A DNA stretch of 63,926 nucleotides, counting the filler, from Octopus bimaculoides (Eukaryota): the NCBI RefSeq assembly GCF_001194135.2. It is 6 parts of 6 records of this genome, joined end to end, with 100 filler letters (N's around TTAATTAATTAA, not from the genome) between each part and the next. Parts side by side here need not be neighbours in the genome. Positions count along the whole stretch, not along the records: positions 29,972 to 51,443 come from NC_068983.1; positions 51,544 to 57,326 come from NC_069002.1; 4 more parts are not named here. One strand, written 5' to 3'. Of the stretch, positions 41,166 through 55,007 are shown piece by piece. The notes below the pieces were generated by a model. The model made no database searches. It was not told where the DNA came from and was given only the letters and a program-made list of their open reading frames with translations. Made by a program: the position numbers and the translations under genes. How positions within the stretch are numbered: position 1 is the stretch's first letter; every line of letters begins with the position of its first letter.

Positions 41166-42355
41166 TCCTCCTCTTCATCTAACTCTCCTTCTCTCTCCTC
41201 TCTTCCTCTCACACCTACTTCCTCCCACCCACTTCTCCTCTCTTGCTCTGACACCTACTTCCTCTCTTCACTCCTACCCACCTTCTGCCTTCCACCCTCT
41301 CCTTTCATCGTCATCCCTTCCCTCGTTACTCCACCCCGACACATTCCAAACCTACCATCCCTATACATGCCATCCCACCCCCACCCCATCACTTACACCC
41401 CACTCCCATATACCCCATCCCTACCNNNNNNNNNNNNNNNNNNNNNNNNNNNNNNNNNNNNNNNNNNNNNNNNNNNNNNNNNNNNNNNNNNNNNNNNNNN
41501 NNNNNNNNNNNNNNNNNNNNNNNNNNNNNNNNNNNNNNNNNNNNNNNNNNNNNNNNNNNNNNNNNNNNNNNNNNNNNNNNNNNNNNNNNNNNNNNNNNNN
41601 NNNNNNNNNNNNNNNNNNNNNNNNNNNNNNNNNNNNNNNNNNNNNNNNNNNNNNNNNNNNNNNNNNNNNNNNNNNNNNNNNNNNNNNNNNNNNNNNNNNN
41701 NNNNNNNNNNNNNNNNNNNNNNNNNNNNNNNNNNNNNNNNNNNNNNNNNNNNNNNNNNNNNNNNNNNNNNNNNNNNNNNNNNNNNNNNNNNNNNNNNNNN
41801 NNNNNNNNNNNNNNNNNNNNNNNNNNNNNNNNNNNNNNNNNNNNNNNNNNNNNNNNNNNNNNNNNNNNNNNNNNNNNNNNNNNNNNNNNNNNNNNNNNNN
41901 NNNNNNNNNNNNNNNNNNNNNNNNNNNNNNNNNNNNNNNNNNNNNNNNNNNNNNNNNNNNNNNNNNNNNNNNNNNNNNNNNNNNNNNNNNNNNNNNNNNN
42001 NNNNNNNNNNNNNNNNNNNNNNNNNNNNNNNNNNNNNNNNNNNNNNNNNNNNNNNNNNNNNNNNNNNNNNNNNNNNNNNNNNNNNNNNNNNNNNNNNNNN
42101 NNNNNNNNNNNNNNNNNNNNNNNNNNNNNNNNNNNNNNNNNNNNNNNNNNNNNNNNNNNNNNNNNNNNNNNNNNNNNNNNNNNNNNNNNNNNNNNNNNNN
42201 NNNNNNNNNNNNNNNNNNNNNNNNNNNNNNNNNNNNNNNNNNNNNNNNNNNNNNNNNNNNNNNNNNNNNNNNNNNNNNNNNNNNNNNNNNNNNNNNNNNN
42301 NNNNNNNNNNNNNNNNNNNNNNNNNNNNNNNNNNNNNNNNNNNNNNNNNNNNNNA

Positions 42356-42720
42356 ATCGTTGCTTGTGTCCATGAGTTGAGCGGTGACGTGCAAGCAAAC
42401 CAGCGGAGATTGTTGATTTTTGTTGTTGTCACCTAAAGCATGCGGAACCCATGCTTCATACATCTGAACCTTTCCCATCGAGGGAAGATGATTCTCTATA
42501 GCAGTGTGGGAGCATTCCATTTTCTCTGCCAGTTCCCTTGTCGTTTGACGAGTATTTTCGTGCAAAAGTTGGTTTAATTGCTCTTCATCGAACTCAACTG
42601 GACGGCCAGAACGAGGTGCGACTTTGAGGTCAAAATTTCCATTTTTGAACTTGGCATACCAATCACGAGCGGTTCATTCAGCTATGGCACCCTCCCTATA
42701 CACAGCTTTTGTGGCCTTAG
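42356..42720 (-). mobile_element. mariner transposase fragment
   Basis: HENTRQTTRELAEKMECSHTAIENHLPSMGKVQMYEAWVPHAL (WVPHEL-like motif). Confidence 0.85.
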
Positions 42721-44489
42721 AACCTTGAATAAAAGCAAAAAGAAGGTGTCGAAAATGCTCATTTTTCTTAACTTGACATTTCATTTTAATGATCTGAAAA
42801 TAAACAAAAATTAACTAAAATTAACTAGAAAAAAATATAGATTCCAAAATAATTCAAAAACAGAATTCTCGAACAAAAATAAATTCCAAAATTTAAAAAC
42901 GCAAAAAATTCCAAGATTTAAAAAAACGGCGGGAACTTAGTTGCCAACCCAATATATTCTCGATCACCTCACTAGGAATATGTAGTGCGTGTGTGTGTGT
43001 GTGTGTGTGGATTTATATGTGTATGCACACACACACATACACGAACATACATGCATATGTTGCTTATTCATATACGTATGTCAATAGGCAACATATATAT
43101 TGGATACATTCAGCTACATCATATATACATACATACATATGCAGAAGCATAAACACACACACACGAGTGTGTGTGTGTGTGCGCGCGCGCGCGTGTAAGA
43201 CTGTTTAAGGAGATTCTATGTAGGTACGCATGCACATATCTAAGTTTATATGTATGTGTGTACAATAATCATATTCAACACGCACAAACATACGAGTAAT
43301 TGCGAAGCCCTTCAATGTTGTTTCGTGTGACTTTATTTATATACAATAGTATATTCAACATGCTACTGGCACACAAGCAAAAAGTTAAATCAACAAAGTT
43401 TCGATATGAAGAAGTTTCAGAGACAAAAACAAAGTTAGTTGCTATAGACAAAATAAGTATGAATTGAACGGTAGGCACTGATGGTTTCCTAGTAATTCTC
43501 CTGTAAACTTGTTAAGAAAAAAAAATCGGCGGAATTCAGGTTTAAGCAACGCCATATAACCACTCATGACTTATTTACTTTTTTGAATTTTCAGAAATTT
43601 TGGATTAATGGGGAATGGAAGGATTTTAATTTCTTCTATTTAATTTTTTTTTTTTTCATAATCATATGAATTCCCGTGTGTAGAACACAAATTCGCAAAG
43701 ATTTTCTGAAAATTCTAAAGAATAAAAAAGCTGAGAAGTTATATGGGATGCTTAAACCAATTTTCCGCCAAAACAATCTTGGCAAGCTACTAATTATTCT
43801 GGAATGTGGCAAAATGCCCCCAAATCCGAAAGATAATATGTGTAAATATTTCAATAAGTTCCTTTCATTAAGGGCGGGGCAGAATGAGATGCAAATTACA
43901 GACCTAAATTCTTGACGTCACATATCAGCGAAGTAATAAAGCGAATAATCAAAGAGAAATGAGCCAAAAGGAAAATAACTTAAATCACATACATCTTTTT
44001 TTTTTTTTTTTTTTTCTGAACGCTAAAACAGTTTTTCAATTAACCAAATGTGGATATAAAACTGGCATTTGCAAAGCCTTTCAGTTGATATGAAGGGTAG
44101 TGGATTGGCGGAACTGTAATTTGTAGTATTTGTTTCGGCGCTTTTCTTTCTGAATTCAAGTCCATCACCCGGTTTAACAACACCATCTGTCATCTTAAAT
44201 GCTTTTAAAGGAGTACACCCTGTTGGAAGTATTTGGGACAAGGCCCCAGCTTAAGGATACCTTCCTTCCTTGCTTTCATTAAACCTGGAGGCCCCGAGAA
44301 AGGTGATAGGTACTGTCTTTTCTCATGACTAAAAGATACAAAACAAGGCGATCAACTTCATGATCTTGGTTTTGGTGGAAAACTAATAGGGTTTGTATAA
44401 CCTCCGTGAAGAGAGTAGCTGAATAAATTCCTTTATCTGATATCCAGTCATTTTGTTTAATTCACATGCAATACAAAAGATAGGTTGTT

Positions 44490-44760
44490 ACAATCAATTA
44501 TTTAGAGTCCCGTACAGCAAGAGGCTGTCTGAGTTTATGATTGTTTATAATAGCTCTACAGAATTACCACTGGTTGTCAACATGGCCACCATTGCAAAAT
44601 ATATTAATGATACTGATATATCAAAGGCAATTACGGGTCCCGAAGATATTAAAATCCTATAGAAGGTTATCGATGCTATATACAGATAACCTGAAGAAAA
44701 AAACACGAAATACAATGCAAGAAATTTTCAAGAACTCCCGCACAGCATTGTGTGGATACA
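44490..44760 (+). mobile_element. Decayed LINE RT fragment
   Basis: ATIAKYINDTDISKAITGPEDIKIL*KVIDAIY resembles the (Y/F)ADDT.I...I...EDI..LQ.D...IY.W block. Confidence 0.45.
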
Positions 44761-45142
44761 TAGATCCAGAAAATTACAATAGCAAAGTTAAAACACAACG
44801 CTCTACACGTACCCTTTATCCTTTATTTGTTTCAGTCATTGGATTGCGGTCATCCTGGAGCCATGCCTTGAAGGGCTTAGTCGGATAAGTTGACCTCAGT
44901 ACTAACTTTGAACCTATTGTCAAACCGGTGAGTTACGAGGACGTGAACCAATCAACGCTGGTTGGCAAGCAGTGATTTGGGGCACAAACACAACACAAAG
45001 ACACACACACTCACAGACATATAGATATATACATATACACGTATGTGCACACAGACAGACACACACACACACATATACACACAAAAGCATATATATACAC
45101 ATATAAACGCTCGCGCACACACGCACACACAAACACACAGAA

Positions 45143-45178
<36 letters not shown>

Positions 45179-45372
45179 CAGCGCAGGCTGCGTAACTCAG
45201 AATGTCGCTTTGCAACCACGGAGTTTCGGGTTCAGTAGCACTGGGTCCCATTTTGGACAAGTGCTTTTTACTATAACCCCAAGTCGATCAATGCGTTGCA
45301 ATTGAATTTGGTAATTGGAGGATGTGTTGAAATCTATATGTGTCTGTGGGGTGGGGTATAAATATACATACA

Positions 45373-45408
<36 letters not shown>

Positions 45409-45705
45409 TATATATAATACAAATAATAAATGAGTATATGCATATATACGTACATGTGTGTACATACTTACATCTACCTGTATATATAGATGCATATCTG
45501 GGTACAGGACATTGTAAACAAAGCGTAGACAAAATGATAAACGAGTACAGAAAACACACAGGCCACATAGAGAACATCTCCTTCATCAGCTGCCTCCATT
45601 CTAACACAGGCGTTTCGAAGAGAAGGGCAGGATGCATCATTAAAATGGCGCTTCCCACGGACCACATATTAAATTTAATTCAAATTAAATTTGTAACGTA
45701 GAGGA

Positions 45706-45873
45706 ATGTATCTCGCTCCTCTCTCACTCTCGCCCCTCTTTCTCTCTCTCTCGCACTTCTCTCTCTCTCGCACCTTTCTCTCTCTCGGTCCTCTGTCTCT
45801 CTGGCTCCTCTCTCTCTCTGGCTCCTCTCGCTCACTTCTCTCTCTCTCTCGCTCTTCTCTCTCTCTCTCGCTC

Positions 45874-45941
<68 letters not shown>

Positions 45942-46272
45942 ATTCTCTCTCTCGTTCCTGTCTCTCTTGCTCCTCAATGTCTTTCGCTCCTCTCTCTCTC
46001 TCTTGCGCCTCTCTCTATCGCTCCACTCTCTCTCTCACTCATCTCTCTCTCTCGCTCCTCTCTCTCTTCCTCCGCTCATTCTTTTTCCTCTCTCTCTCGC
46101 TCCTCTCTCCCTCGCTCCTCTCTCTCACTCTTCTCTCTCTCGCTCGTCTCCCCCTCCTTCCTCTCTCTCGCTTCTCTCTCGCTCTCTCTCGCTATTCTCT
46201 CTCTCACGCTCCTCTCTCTCTCGCTCCTCTCTCTCTCTTGCTCTACACTCTCTCTCTCTCTCTTGCTCTACA

Positions 46273-46311
<39 letters not shown>

Positions 46312-46610
46312 GCTCCGCTCCCTCTCTCGCTCTTCTCTCTCTCTCTTGCTTCTCTCTCTCTCTCTCGCTCCTCTCTGTTTCTCACTTGCTATTCTCTCTC
46401 TCTTGCTCCTCTCTCTCTCACACTTCACTCTCTCTCTCGATTCCCTCTCTCTCTCGCTCCACTCTCTCCCTTGCTCCTCTCTCCCTCCTCTTTCTCTCTT
46501 GCTCCTCTCTCTTTTCCTCCTCTCCCACTTACTCCTCTATCACTCTTTCGCACTCCCTCTCTCACTATGTCTCTCTGTCTCTCTCCCCTCTCATTCTCTC
46601 TGCGAAGGTA
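45706..46610. repeat. Degenerate (CT)n/CTCTCG polypyrimidine tract, ~0.9 kb
   Basis: Directly visible. Confidence 0.95.
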
Positions 46611-49600
46611 GTACGAACGAACATAGTACGAACGAACGTACCAACGTAATACGAACGAACGAACGCCCGAATGTAGTTTGAACGATCGATCGTAGTACAA
46701 ACGAACAAACGAACGAACGAACGTACTACGAACAAACGAAAGAACGAAGTAACAAACGTAGTACGAACGTACGAACGAACGTAGTACGAACGTACGAACG
46801 AACGAATATAGTATGAATGAACGAACGAACGTAGTACGAACGTAGTACGAACGTAGTACGAACGTAGTACGAACGAAAGAACGAACGATCGTAGGACGAA
46901 CGACCGAACGATCGAAGGAACGAACAAACGAACGAAGTACGATCGAACGAACGTAATACGAACGAGCGAAAGAACGAACGCAGTACGAACGAACGAAAGA
47001 TCGAACCAACGTAGTAAGAAGGAAAGAACGAATGAATGTAGTACGACCGCACGATCGAAGAGAGGAGGGATAGAGCAGAGGAAGGGGAGGAGAGGAGGGA
47101 GAGGGGAGGGGGNNNNNNNNNNNNNNNNNNNNNNNNNNNNNNNNNNNNNNNNNNNNNNNNNNNNNNNNNNNNNNNNNNNNNNNNNNNNNNNNNNNNNNNN
47201 NNNNNNNNNNNNNNNNNNNNNNNNNNNNNNNNNNNNNNNNNNNNNNNNNNNNNNNNNNNNNNNNNNNNNNNNNNNNNNNNNNNNNNNNNNNNNNNNNNNN
47301 NNNNNNNNNNNNNNNNNNNNNNNNNNNNNNNNNNNNNNNNNNNNNCGTTCGTACGTACGTACGTACGTACATTCGTTTGTTCCTTTCTTCGTTCGTTCGT
47401 TTGTTCGTTCATTCGTATGTACGTACGTACGTTGTTTCGTTCGTTCGCTTGTACGTTCGTTCGTTTGTACGTTCGTTCGTTCGTTCGATTGATGGTTCGT
47501 TCGTACGTACGTACGTACGTACATTCGTTTGTTCCTTTCTTCGTTCGTTCGTTTGTTCGTTCATTCGTATGTACGTACGTACGTTGTTTCGTTCGTTCGC
47601 TTGTACGTTCGTTCGTTTGTACGTTCGTTCGTTCGTTCGTACGTTCGTAAATACGTTTGTTAGTTAATTCGTTCGTTCGATGGTTTGTTCGTCCTTTCAT
47701 TCATTCGTTCGTTCTTTCGTTAATTCTTTCGTTCATCCGTTCGTTCGTTCATTCGTACGTATGGACATACATTCGTTCGTTCGTTCGTTCGTTTGTTCGT
47801 TCGTTCGTTTGTTCGTTCGTACGTACGGACGTACATTCGATCGTTCGTTCTTTCGTACTTACGTACTTACGTGCGTACATACGTATTTACGTTCGTTCGT
47901 TCGTTCGTTCTTTCGTTCCTTCGCACGTACGTATATTCTTTCGTTAGTTCGGTCGTACGAAGTACGTACGTTCATTCGTTTTTCGTTCGTCTGTTCTTTC
48001 GTACGTACGTACGTACGTGTGTTTGTTCTTTCATTGGTTCCTTCGTTCGTAGGTTCGTTCGTTCATTTCTTAGTTCGTTCGTTCGTTCATTCGTTCGTAC
48101 GTACGTACGTTCTTTCGTAATTTCGTGCCTACTTACATACGGACGTAGGTACGTTCGTTCGTTCGTTTGTTCGATTGATACTTCGTTCGTACATACGTAC
48201 GTTCTTTCATTCGTTCGTTATTTCGTTCGTTCCTTCGTTCTTTCGTACGTACGTACGTACGTACGTACGTTCATTCGCCAGTTCGTTCTTTCGTTCATTC
48301 GTACGTACGTACATACGTTTGTTCGTTAATTCGTTCGTTCGATGGTTCTTTCTTTCTTACGTTCATTCGTTCGTTTTTTTGTTAAAACTTTCCTTCGTCC
48401 TTTCATTCGTTCGTTCGTTACTTACGATCGTTTGTTCGTTCGTTCGTTCGTACGTTCGTTCTTTCGTTCGTTCGTTCATTCGTACGTACGTACGTTGGTT
48501 GGTTCGTTCGTTAGTACTTACATTCGTTCATTCGTTCGTAAGTACGTACATGTGTTTGTTCGTTAATTCGTTCTTTCGATAGTTCGTTCGTTCTTACGCT
48601 CATTCGTTCGCACTTTCGTTAATTCTTTCGTTCGTCCTTTCGTTCGTTCATTCGTACGTACGTAAGTTCGATCGTTCGTTCGTTCGTTCGTACGTATGTA
48701 CTTACGTACGTATATACGTACATACGTTCGTTCGTTCGTTTCGCGCGATCGTTAGTTCGTTCGTCGTTCGTTCGTTTCTTATGTACGTATATACCTACGT
48801 ACGTTCGTTTGTTTAATCGTTCGTTCGTTCGTTCTTTTGTTCGATCGTTCGTATGTACGTACATTCGTTCATTCGTTCCTTCATTCGTTCGTACGTACGT
48901 ATTTATGCACGTACGTTCTTTCTTTCGTACGTACGTATGTACGTCCATTCGTTAGTTCTTTCGTGTCTTCGTTCGTTGGTAAGTACGTACGTTCGTTCGT
49001 TCGTACGTACGGTTGTTCGTTAATTCGTTCGTTCGATCGTTCTTTTGTTCTTTCGTTCGTTCGTTTGTTCTTTCTTTCGTTCTTTCGTTTGTTCGTTCTT
49101 TCGTTCATTCGTTCTTTTGTTCGTTCATTCTTTTGTTCGTTCGTTCTTTCGTTAGTTCCAGGAAATCCTCGGAATTTTCCAGGAAGTCGATATGAAATCT
49201 TCGGAAAGTTCATTCGTTTGTTCGTTCATTCTTTCCTTCGTTCGTTCGTTCGTGTGTACGTTTGATCCTTTGTTTGTACGTTCGTACATTCCTTCGTTCA
49301 TTCGTTCATTCGTTCGTTCCTTCGATCGTTCGTTCGTACGTACGTTCGTTCTTACGTTATTTCGTGCCTACGTACATACGTACGTACGTATGTTCGTACG
49401 GTCTATCGTTCGTTCGAACGTACGTACTTACGTTTGTTCGTTCGTTCGGTCGATTGATCCTTCGTTCCCACGTACGTACGTACGTTCGTACGTATCTACG
49501 TTCGTTCGTTTATTCGTACGTACATACGTACATTCGTTCGTTCCTTCGTTTCTTTGTTCGTTCGTTCGTTAGTACGTACATTCGAAAGAATTAATGAAAG

Positions 49601-51443
49601 AACGAACGAATAAACGAAATAACAAACGAAACATCGAACGAACTATTAACGAACAAAAGTNNNNNNNNNNCGTACGTACGTACGAACGTACGTACGTACG
49701 AACGTACGTACGTACGAACGTACGTAGGTACGTACGAACGAATGAACGAACAACGAACGAACGTACGTAAGTACGTACGTACGTGCGAACAAATGAACGA
49801 ACGTACGAACGAACGTACGAATTGACATAGGAACGTAGTACGTACGCACGTACATAAGAAGAAACGGAAGAATGAACGAACGAACTATCGAACAAACGAA
49901 TGAAACGAACGAACGAACGAACGAACGTACATACGTACGTACGTAAGTACGTACGAACGAACGTAAGAACGAACGTAAGAACCAACACATGAAAGAACGA
50001 ACGAACGAAAGAACGAACGAAAGAAAGAATTAAGGATAGTTCGTTCGTTCGTTCGTATGTACGTACCTACGTTCCTTCGTACGTACGTATGTTCGTTCGC
50101 TCGTTTGCTTGTTCGTACGTAGAAACGTATGTACGTACGTTCGTTTGTTCGTTCGTTCGTACGCACGTACGTACGTTCGTTCATTCGTTCGTTCATTCGT
50201 ACTTNNNNNNNNNNNNNNNNNNNNNNNNNNNNNNNNNNNNNNNNNNNNNNNNNNNNNNNNNNNNNNNNNNNNNNNNNNNNNNNNNNNNNNNNNNNNNNNN
50301 NNNNNNNNNNNNNNNNNNNNNNNNNNNNNNNNNNNNNNNNNNNNNNNNNNNNNNNNNNNNNNNNNNNNNNNNNNNNNNNNNNNNNNNNNNNNNNNNNNNN
50401 NNNNNNNNNNNNNNNNNNNNNNNNNNNNNNNNNNNNNNNNNNNNNNNNNNNNNNNNNNNNNNNNNNNNNNNNNNNNNNNNNNNNNNNNNNNNNNNNNNNN
50501 NNNNNNNNNNNNNNNNNNNNNNNNNNNNNNNNNNNNNNNNNNNNNNNNNNNNNNNNNNNNNNNNNNNNNNNNNNNNNNNNNNNNNNNNNNNNNNNNNNNN
50601 NNNATCAGTCTAACGAACGAACGAATGAACAAACAAACGTTTGTTCGTACGTTTGTTCGTTTGTTCGTACGTACGGACGTATGTAAGTACGTTCGTTTTT
50701 TCGACTGATCAGTCGTTGGTACGTACCTACGTACGTACGTATGATTGTTCTTTCGTTCGTTCGTTCAAAGTTTTGTGCGTTCCTACGTCTTTTAGTTTGT
50801 TCATTTATTCGTTCGTTCTTTCGTTCGTTCGTACGTACGAACGTTCTTTCGTTTTTTCGTGCCTACGTACATACGTACGTACGTACGTTCTTTCGTTCGT
50901 TCGTCCGTTCGTTCTTTCGATTGTTCGTTCGTACGTACGTACGAACGTTTATTTGTTCGTTCGTTCGTTCGTTCGTACATACATTCGTTCGTTCGTTCGT
51001 ACGTACATACGTACGTTCGTTCATTTGTTCGTCCATTCGTTCATTCGTTTTTTCGTATGTTCGTTCCTTCATTTTGTTCGATCGTTCGTTCGTTCTTACG
51101 TACTTTCGTTCGTTCGTTCGAAGGTACGTACATCCTTTCGCTCGTTCGTACGTACGGACGTATTTACGTACGTTCGTTTGTTCGTTCGTTCGTNNNNNNN
51201 NNNGTTCATTCGTTCGTTCGTACGTACGTACGAGTGAACGAACGAACAAACGAACGAACGAAAGAACAAATAAACGTTCGTACGTACGTACGAACGAACA
51301 ATCGAAAGAACGAACGGACGAACGAACGAAAGAACGTACGTACGTACGTATGTACGTAGGCAAGAAAAAACGAAAGAACGTACGTACGTACGAACGAACG
51401 AAAGAACAATCATACGTACGTACGTAGGTACGTACCAACGACT
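46611..51443. repeat. CpG-rich compound TACG/TTCG tetranucleotide satellite with orientation switches
   Basis: Directly visible; source of all RSFV/RTYV/TNER ORFs. Confidence 0.95.
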
Positions 51444-51543
51444 NNNNNNNNNNNNNNNNNNNNNNNNNNNNNNNNNNNNNNNNNNNNTTAATTAATTAAN
51501 NNNNNNNNNNNNNNNNNNNNNNNNNNNNNNNNNNNNNNNNNNN

Positions 51544-51575
<32 letters not shown>

Positions 51576-52340
51576 AAGAAAACAGAAAATGGAGAAGTAT
51601 TGATGAACAACAATTGACTTACATCAATTATTATTTATTAATTCAATGCAAATAGACTGCATCCCATCTAACAGTTGCTAACAGTTGTTTCCGCTTCCAA
51701 TGGTGTATGGTATTGCCATTGATATGCAAAATATATAAAAAAATTAATCATATTTGGTAATGAAACCGATCTATCATATATATGTTCAAGAACATAACGC
51801 GTCGCCCGGTTCAGGAATCGAAGCCACAGTCTTACGATCATAAGTCCAACACCCTAACCACTAAGCCACGCGCCTCCATACTCGTCACATAGACTTTCTA
51901 CAAACTGGTTCTGCCCAGTGAATGGAGGAAATTCAGATGTCAAGAATGATGCTCTGTCTACGATGGTCCAGTGGTCAGAGAAATCAGAGTAGATTCCTGA
52001 GTGAGGTATAAGGTTGTGGTTAAACATAGCTTGAATAAATTGGCGGTCGATGGCCAAATAAGGGCCGCAGCAACCATTGCAGGCGATTGGGTCATTTCTG
52101 ATACTCCTGGGACAACTCATGACGTTTCCTTAGGATCAGCATCTTCATCTATCGATGAACTGCATACACACTCACATACTCACACATACATATGTGTGTG
52201 TGTGTGTGTATGACGAGGTGCCTGAAACTTCGAAATCACTGTCAAATCTCAGGTCTCCAAAATCTAATAAACATATACCGTACTAAAAATTATCGAGTAA
52301 TCCTAAAGTTTAATGTTAAATTGTTTGCATATAATAATTG

Positions 52341-52411
<71 letters not shown>

Positions 52412-52658
52412 NNNNNNNNNNNNNNNNNNNNNNNNNNNNNNNNNNNNNNNNNNNNNNNNNNNNNNNNNNNNNNNNNNNNNNNNNNNNNNNNNNNNNNNNN
52501 NNNNNNNNNNNNNNNNNNNNNNNNNNNNNNNNNNNNNNNNNNNNNNNNNCAACGTTCTTATTTAAGATTAACAAATTTGTACTCTACAAAAGTACGGAGT
52601 AACTCATCAGAATTAATGCAAAATTGCTTTTATTATACCTGAACATAAAAACAATCCA

Positions 52659-52819
52659 GGCAGAGGCGTGACTGTGTGGTAAGTAGCTTGCTTACCAACA
52701 ACATGGTTCCGGGTTCAGTCCCACTGCGTGTCACCTTGGGCAAGTGTCTTCTACTATAGCCTCGGGCTGACCAAAGCCTTGTGAGTGGATTTGGTAGACG
52801 GAAACTGAAAGAATCCCGT

Positions 52820-52858
<39 letters not shown>

Positions 52859-53089
52859 GTTAGTCTTTGTGTCTGTGTTTCTCCCCCACCACCACCACCA
52901 TCGCTTGACAAACGATATTGGTGTGTTTAAATCCCCGTAACTTAGCGATTCGGCAAAAGTGACGGATAGAATAAATACTAGGCTTAGAAAGAATAAGTCC
53001 TGGGGTCGATATGTTCGACTAAAGGCGGTGCTCCAGCCTGGCCGCAGTGAAATGACTGAAATAAGTAAAAGAATAAAAGAATAAAAGAA
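52659..53089 (+). mobile_element. Full-length octopus SINE
   Basis: Head ggcagaggcgtgactgtgtggtaag...gggttcagtccc, internal (AT)n, tail gactgaaataagtaaaagaataaaaga. Confidence 0.85.
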
Positions 53090-53174
53090 CATATATATAT
53101 TATATATATGTATATGTATACATACATACACACACACACACATATATGTATACATGCCCATATACGTATACCAC

Positions 53175-53221
<47 letters not shown>

Positions 53222-53909
53222 CATAAACATACGCATATATATTAACCACACACATGCATACACAAATACGAACACAATACTGTAAGTACATAAAACCACT
53301 GAAAACTGAAGTAGCAGATAGATAAGAAATAGCAAGGGGTTCTATCCCCAGGCGGGTCTGCAGGCAGGCAGACAAACAGACAGGCAGACGGGCAGCTGTA
53401 TACTTAGCACCGCTGTAAGAAAAAAGACAAACAAACAAAAACCGAATAAACCACTCTAACCATTCCAGAGAGGACGAGGAAGAGGAGGAGAAGGAGAAGG
53501 AGAAGGAGAAGGAGGAGAAGGAGGTGCATGCAAATGGTTTACCTGTCATAAGCAAGCCACAAATGGTAAGAAGTTCCGGTGTCACTGGTGAGGCAAAGCA
53601 GAAAAAGAGAAAATAACAGAGCCATACGGTTTTTATATCGTGGTAGATGGTGGGTGAAGGGATGGTATGAGATGGTAGATAATAATGGTAGATAACGGTA
53701 TATGGTGATGCTCGGTGGTAGGAAATGATATATGTATATATGTATGTATGTATAGTTGGTATTTAGTGCTAGACGATGGAAAGACGGTAACCAGCAGTAT
53801 AAAGTAGTATATGTTGAATGAGCAAACACAAAAATAAAACCCACAAGAAGAACAGGTTTTAACAAAGGTGCTATTAGTATAACGCTTGAAAAGAAAGGGG
53901 AAGATTTTT

Positions 53910-53937
53910 GACGTTTCGGATGTTAGTTCTTCATCAG
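53910..53937 (-). ncRNA. Minimal hammerhead-like motif (Penelope-like LTR remnant)
   Basis: Minus strand: ttttt-CTGATGA-a-gaa-ctaaca-tcc-GAAAC-GTC-aaaaa; core intact, stem II has one mismatch. Confidence 0.55.
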
Positions 53938-55007
53938 AAAAAAAGAAGGAAAGAACAAAAGCTGTTTAGAAATGGTAGATACTGGTAGATGAGACTATAT
54001 GGTGGTATATAGTTGCAGACAATAGTATATAATGGTATATAGTGGCAGAAATGGTATATGTTTAGTATTTAGTATTAGCTGGTGGATGGATGGTATGTAA
54101 GGATATATGGTGGTAGGTAGTGGTATGGGTAGAATATAATACTAGTCAGTGCTGGTTAATGGTATATCATGATAGATAATTATATATGATTGTTATATAA
54201 TGGTAGATGTTGGAACAAGGTTGTTATATAATGACAGAAAATGGTATAAGGCGATAGATAGTGGTTTATGGTTGGTATACAATGGTAGATATGGGAGGAT
54301 GAGAGTTACATTGTGTTATAGAGTAGTACATAATGCTATAAGTGGTGGATAGTATTCAATAAAGGTAGATGGTGATAGATAATTCTTTCTAATTTCTGCA
54401 GCACTTCTGAGGGGAGGGGCAAGTCGATTGTATAGACCCAAGCATGAAACTGGTACTCATTTTATCGATCTCGAAGGTTGAAAGGCGAAGTAGATCTCAA
54501 CGGAAGTTGAACTCAAACGTAAAGAGTTTGGACATGCGTACCTTTAACGTAGTTCTCAGGGAGATTCAGCGTCACACAAAATGTGATCAGGCTGGTTCCT
54601 TTGAATTACAGGTACTTCTCATTTTTGACAGGTACTGCTGATTTTTGTACCTGGAGCAACGTGAAAAAAGTGTCTTGCTCAATAACACAACGCACGGCGG
54701 GGAATCGAACTCACGATCGAAAGGTCGTGAGCCGAAAGCACTGACCACTAAGCTACGCGCCTTCACTATGGTGACAAAAAGTGATATAAAGCTGTATATA
54801 CTGGTAGATGTTGTATGGTGATACACGGTGGCTTTTGATGGTAGGGAGTGGTACATTTTGCTATATACTGGCAGCTGGTGGCATCTTGGTAACTGCAGGG
54901 TTGATTCTACATGGAAGTACCCGACGGTATATGACAGTGCCTGGTAGAATATAAAAGCATATGACAGTGCCTGGTATATGACGGTATATGACAGTGCCTG
55001 GTAGAAT

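Noticed and set aside
45571-45625. Permuted hammerhead on the minus strand (GAAAC upstream of CTGATGA, possible stem aggaga/tctctt)
   Set aside because: No U-H cleavage site in the right position and stem I is not convincing; probably chance or heavily decayed.
46611-51443. CRISPR array or repetitive structural protein gene
   Set aside because: No constant repeat with unique spacers, no cas genes, eukaryotic context; open frames follow from stop-free tetramers.
51854-52213. Overlapping 88-aa and 70-aa ORFs in a non-repetitive stretch
   Set aside because: No recognisable motif or convincing splice boundaries; one ORF runs into a SINE head, the other into a microsatellite.
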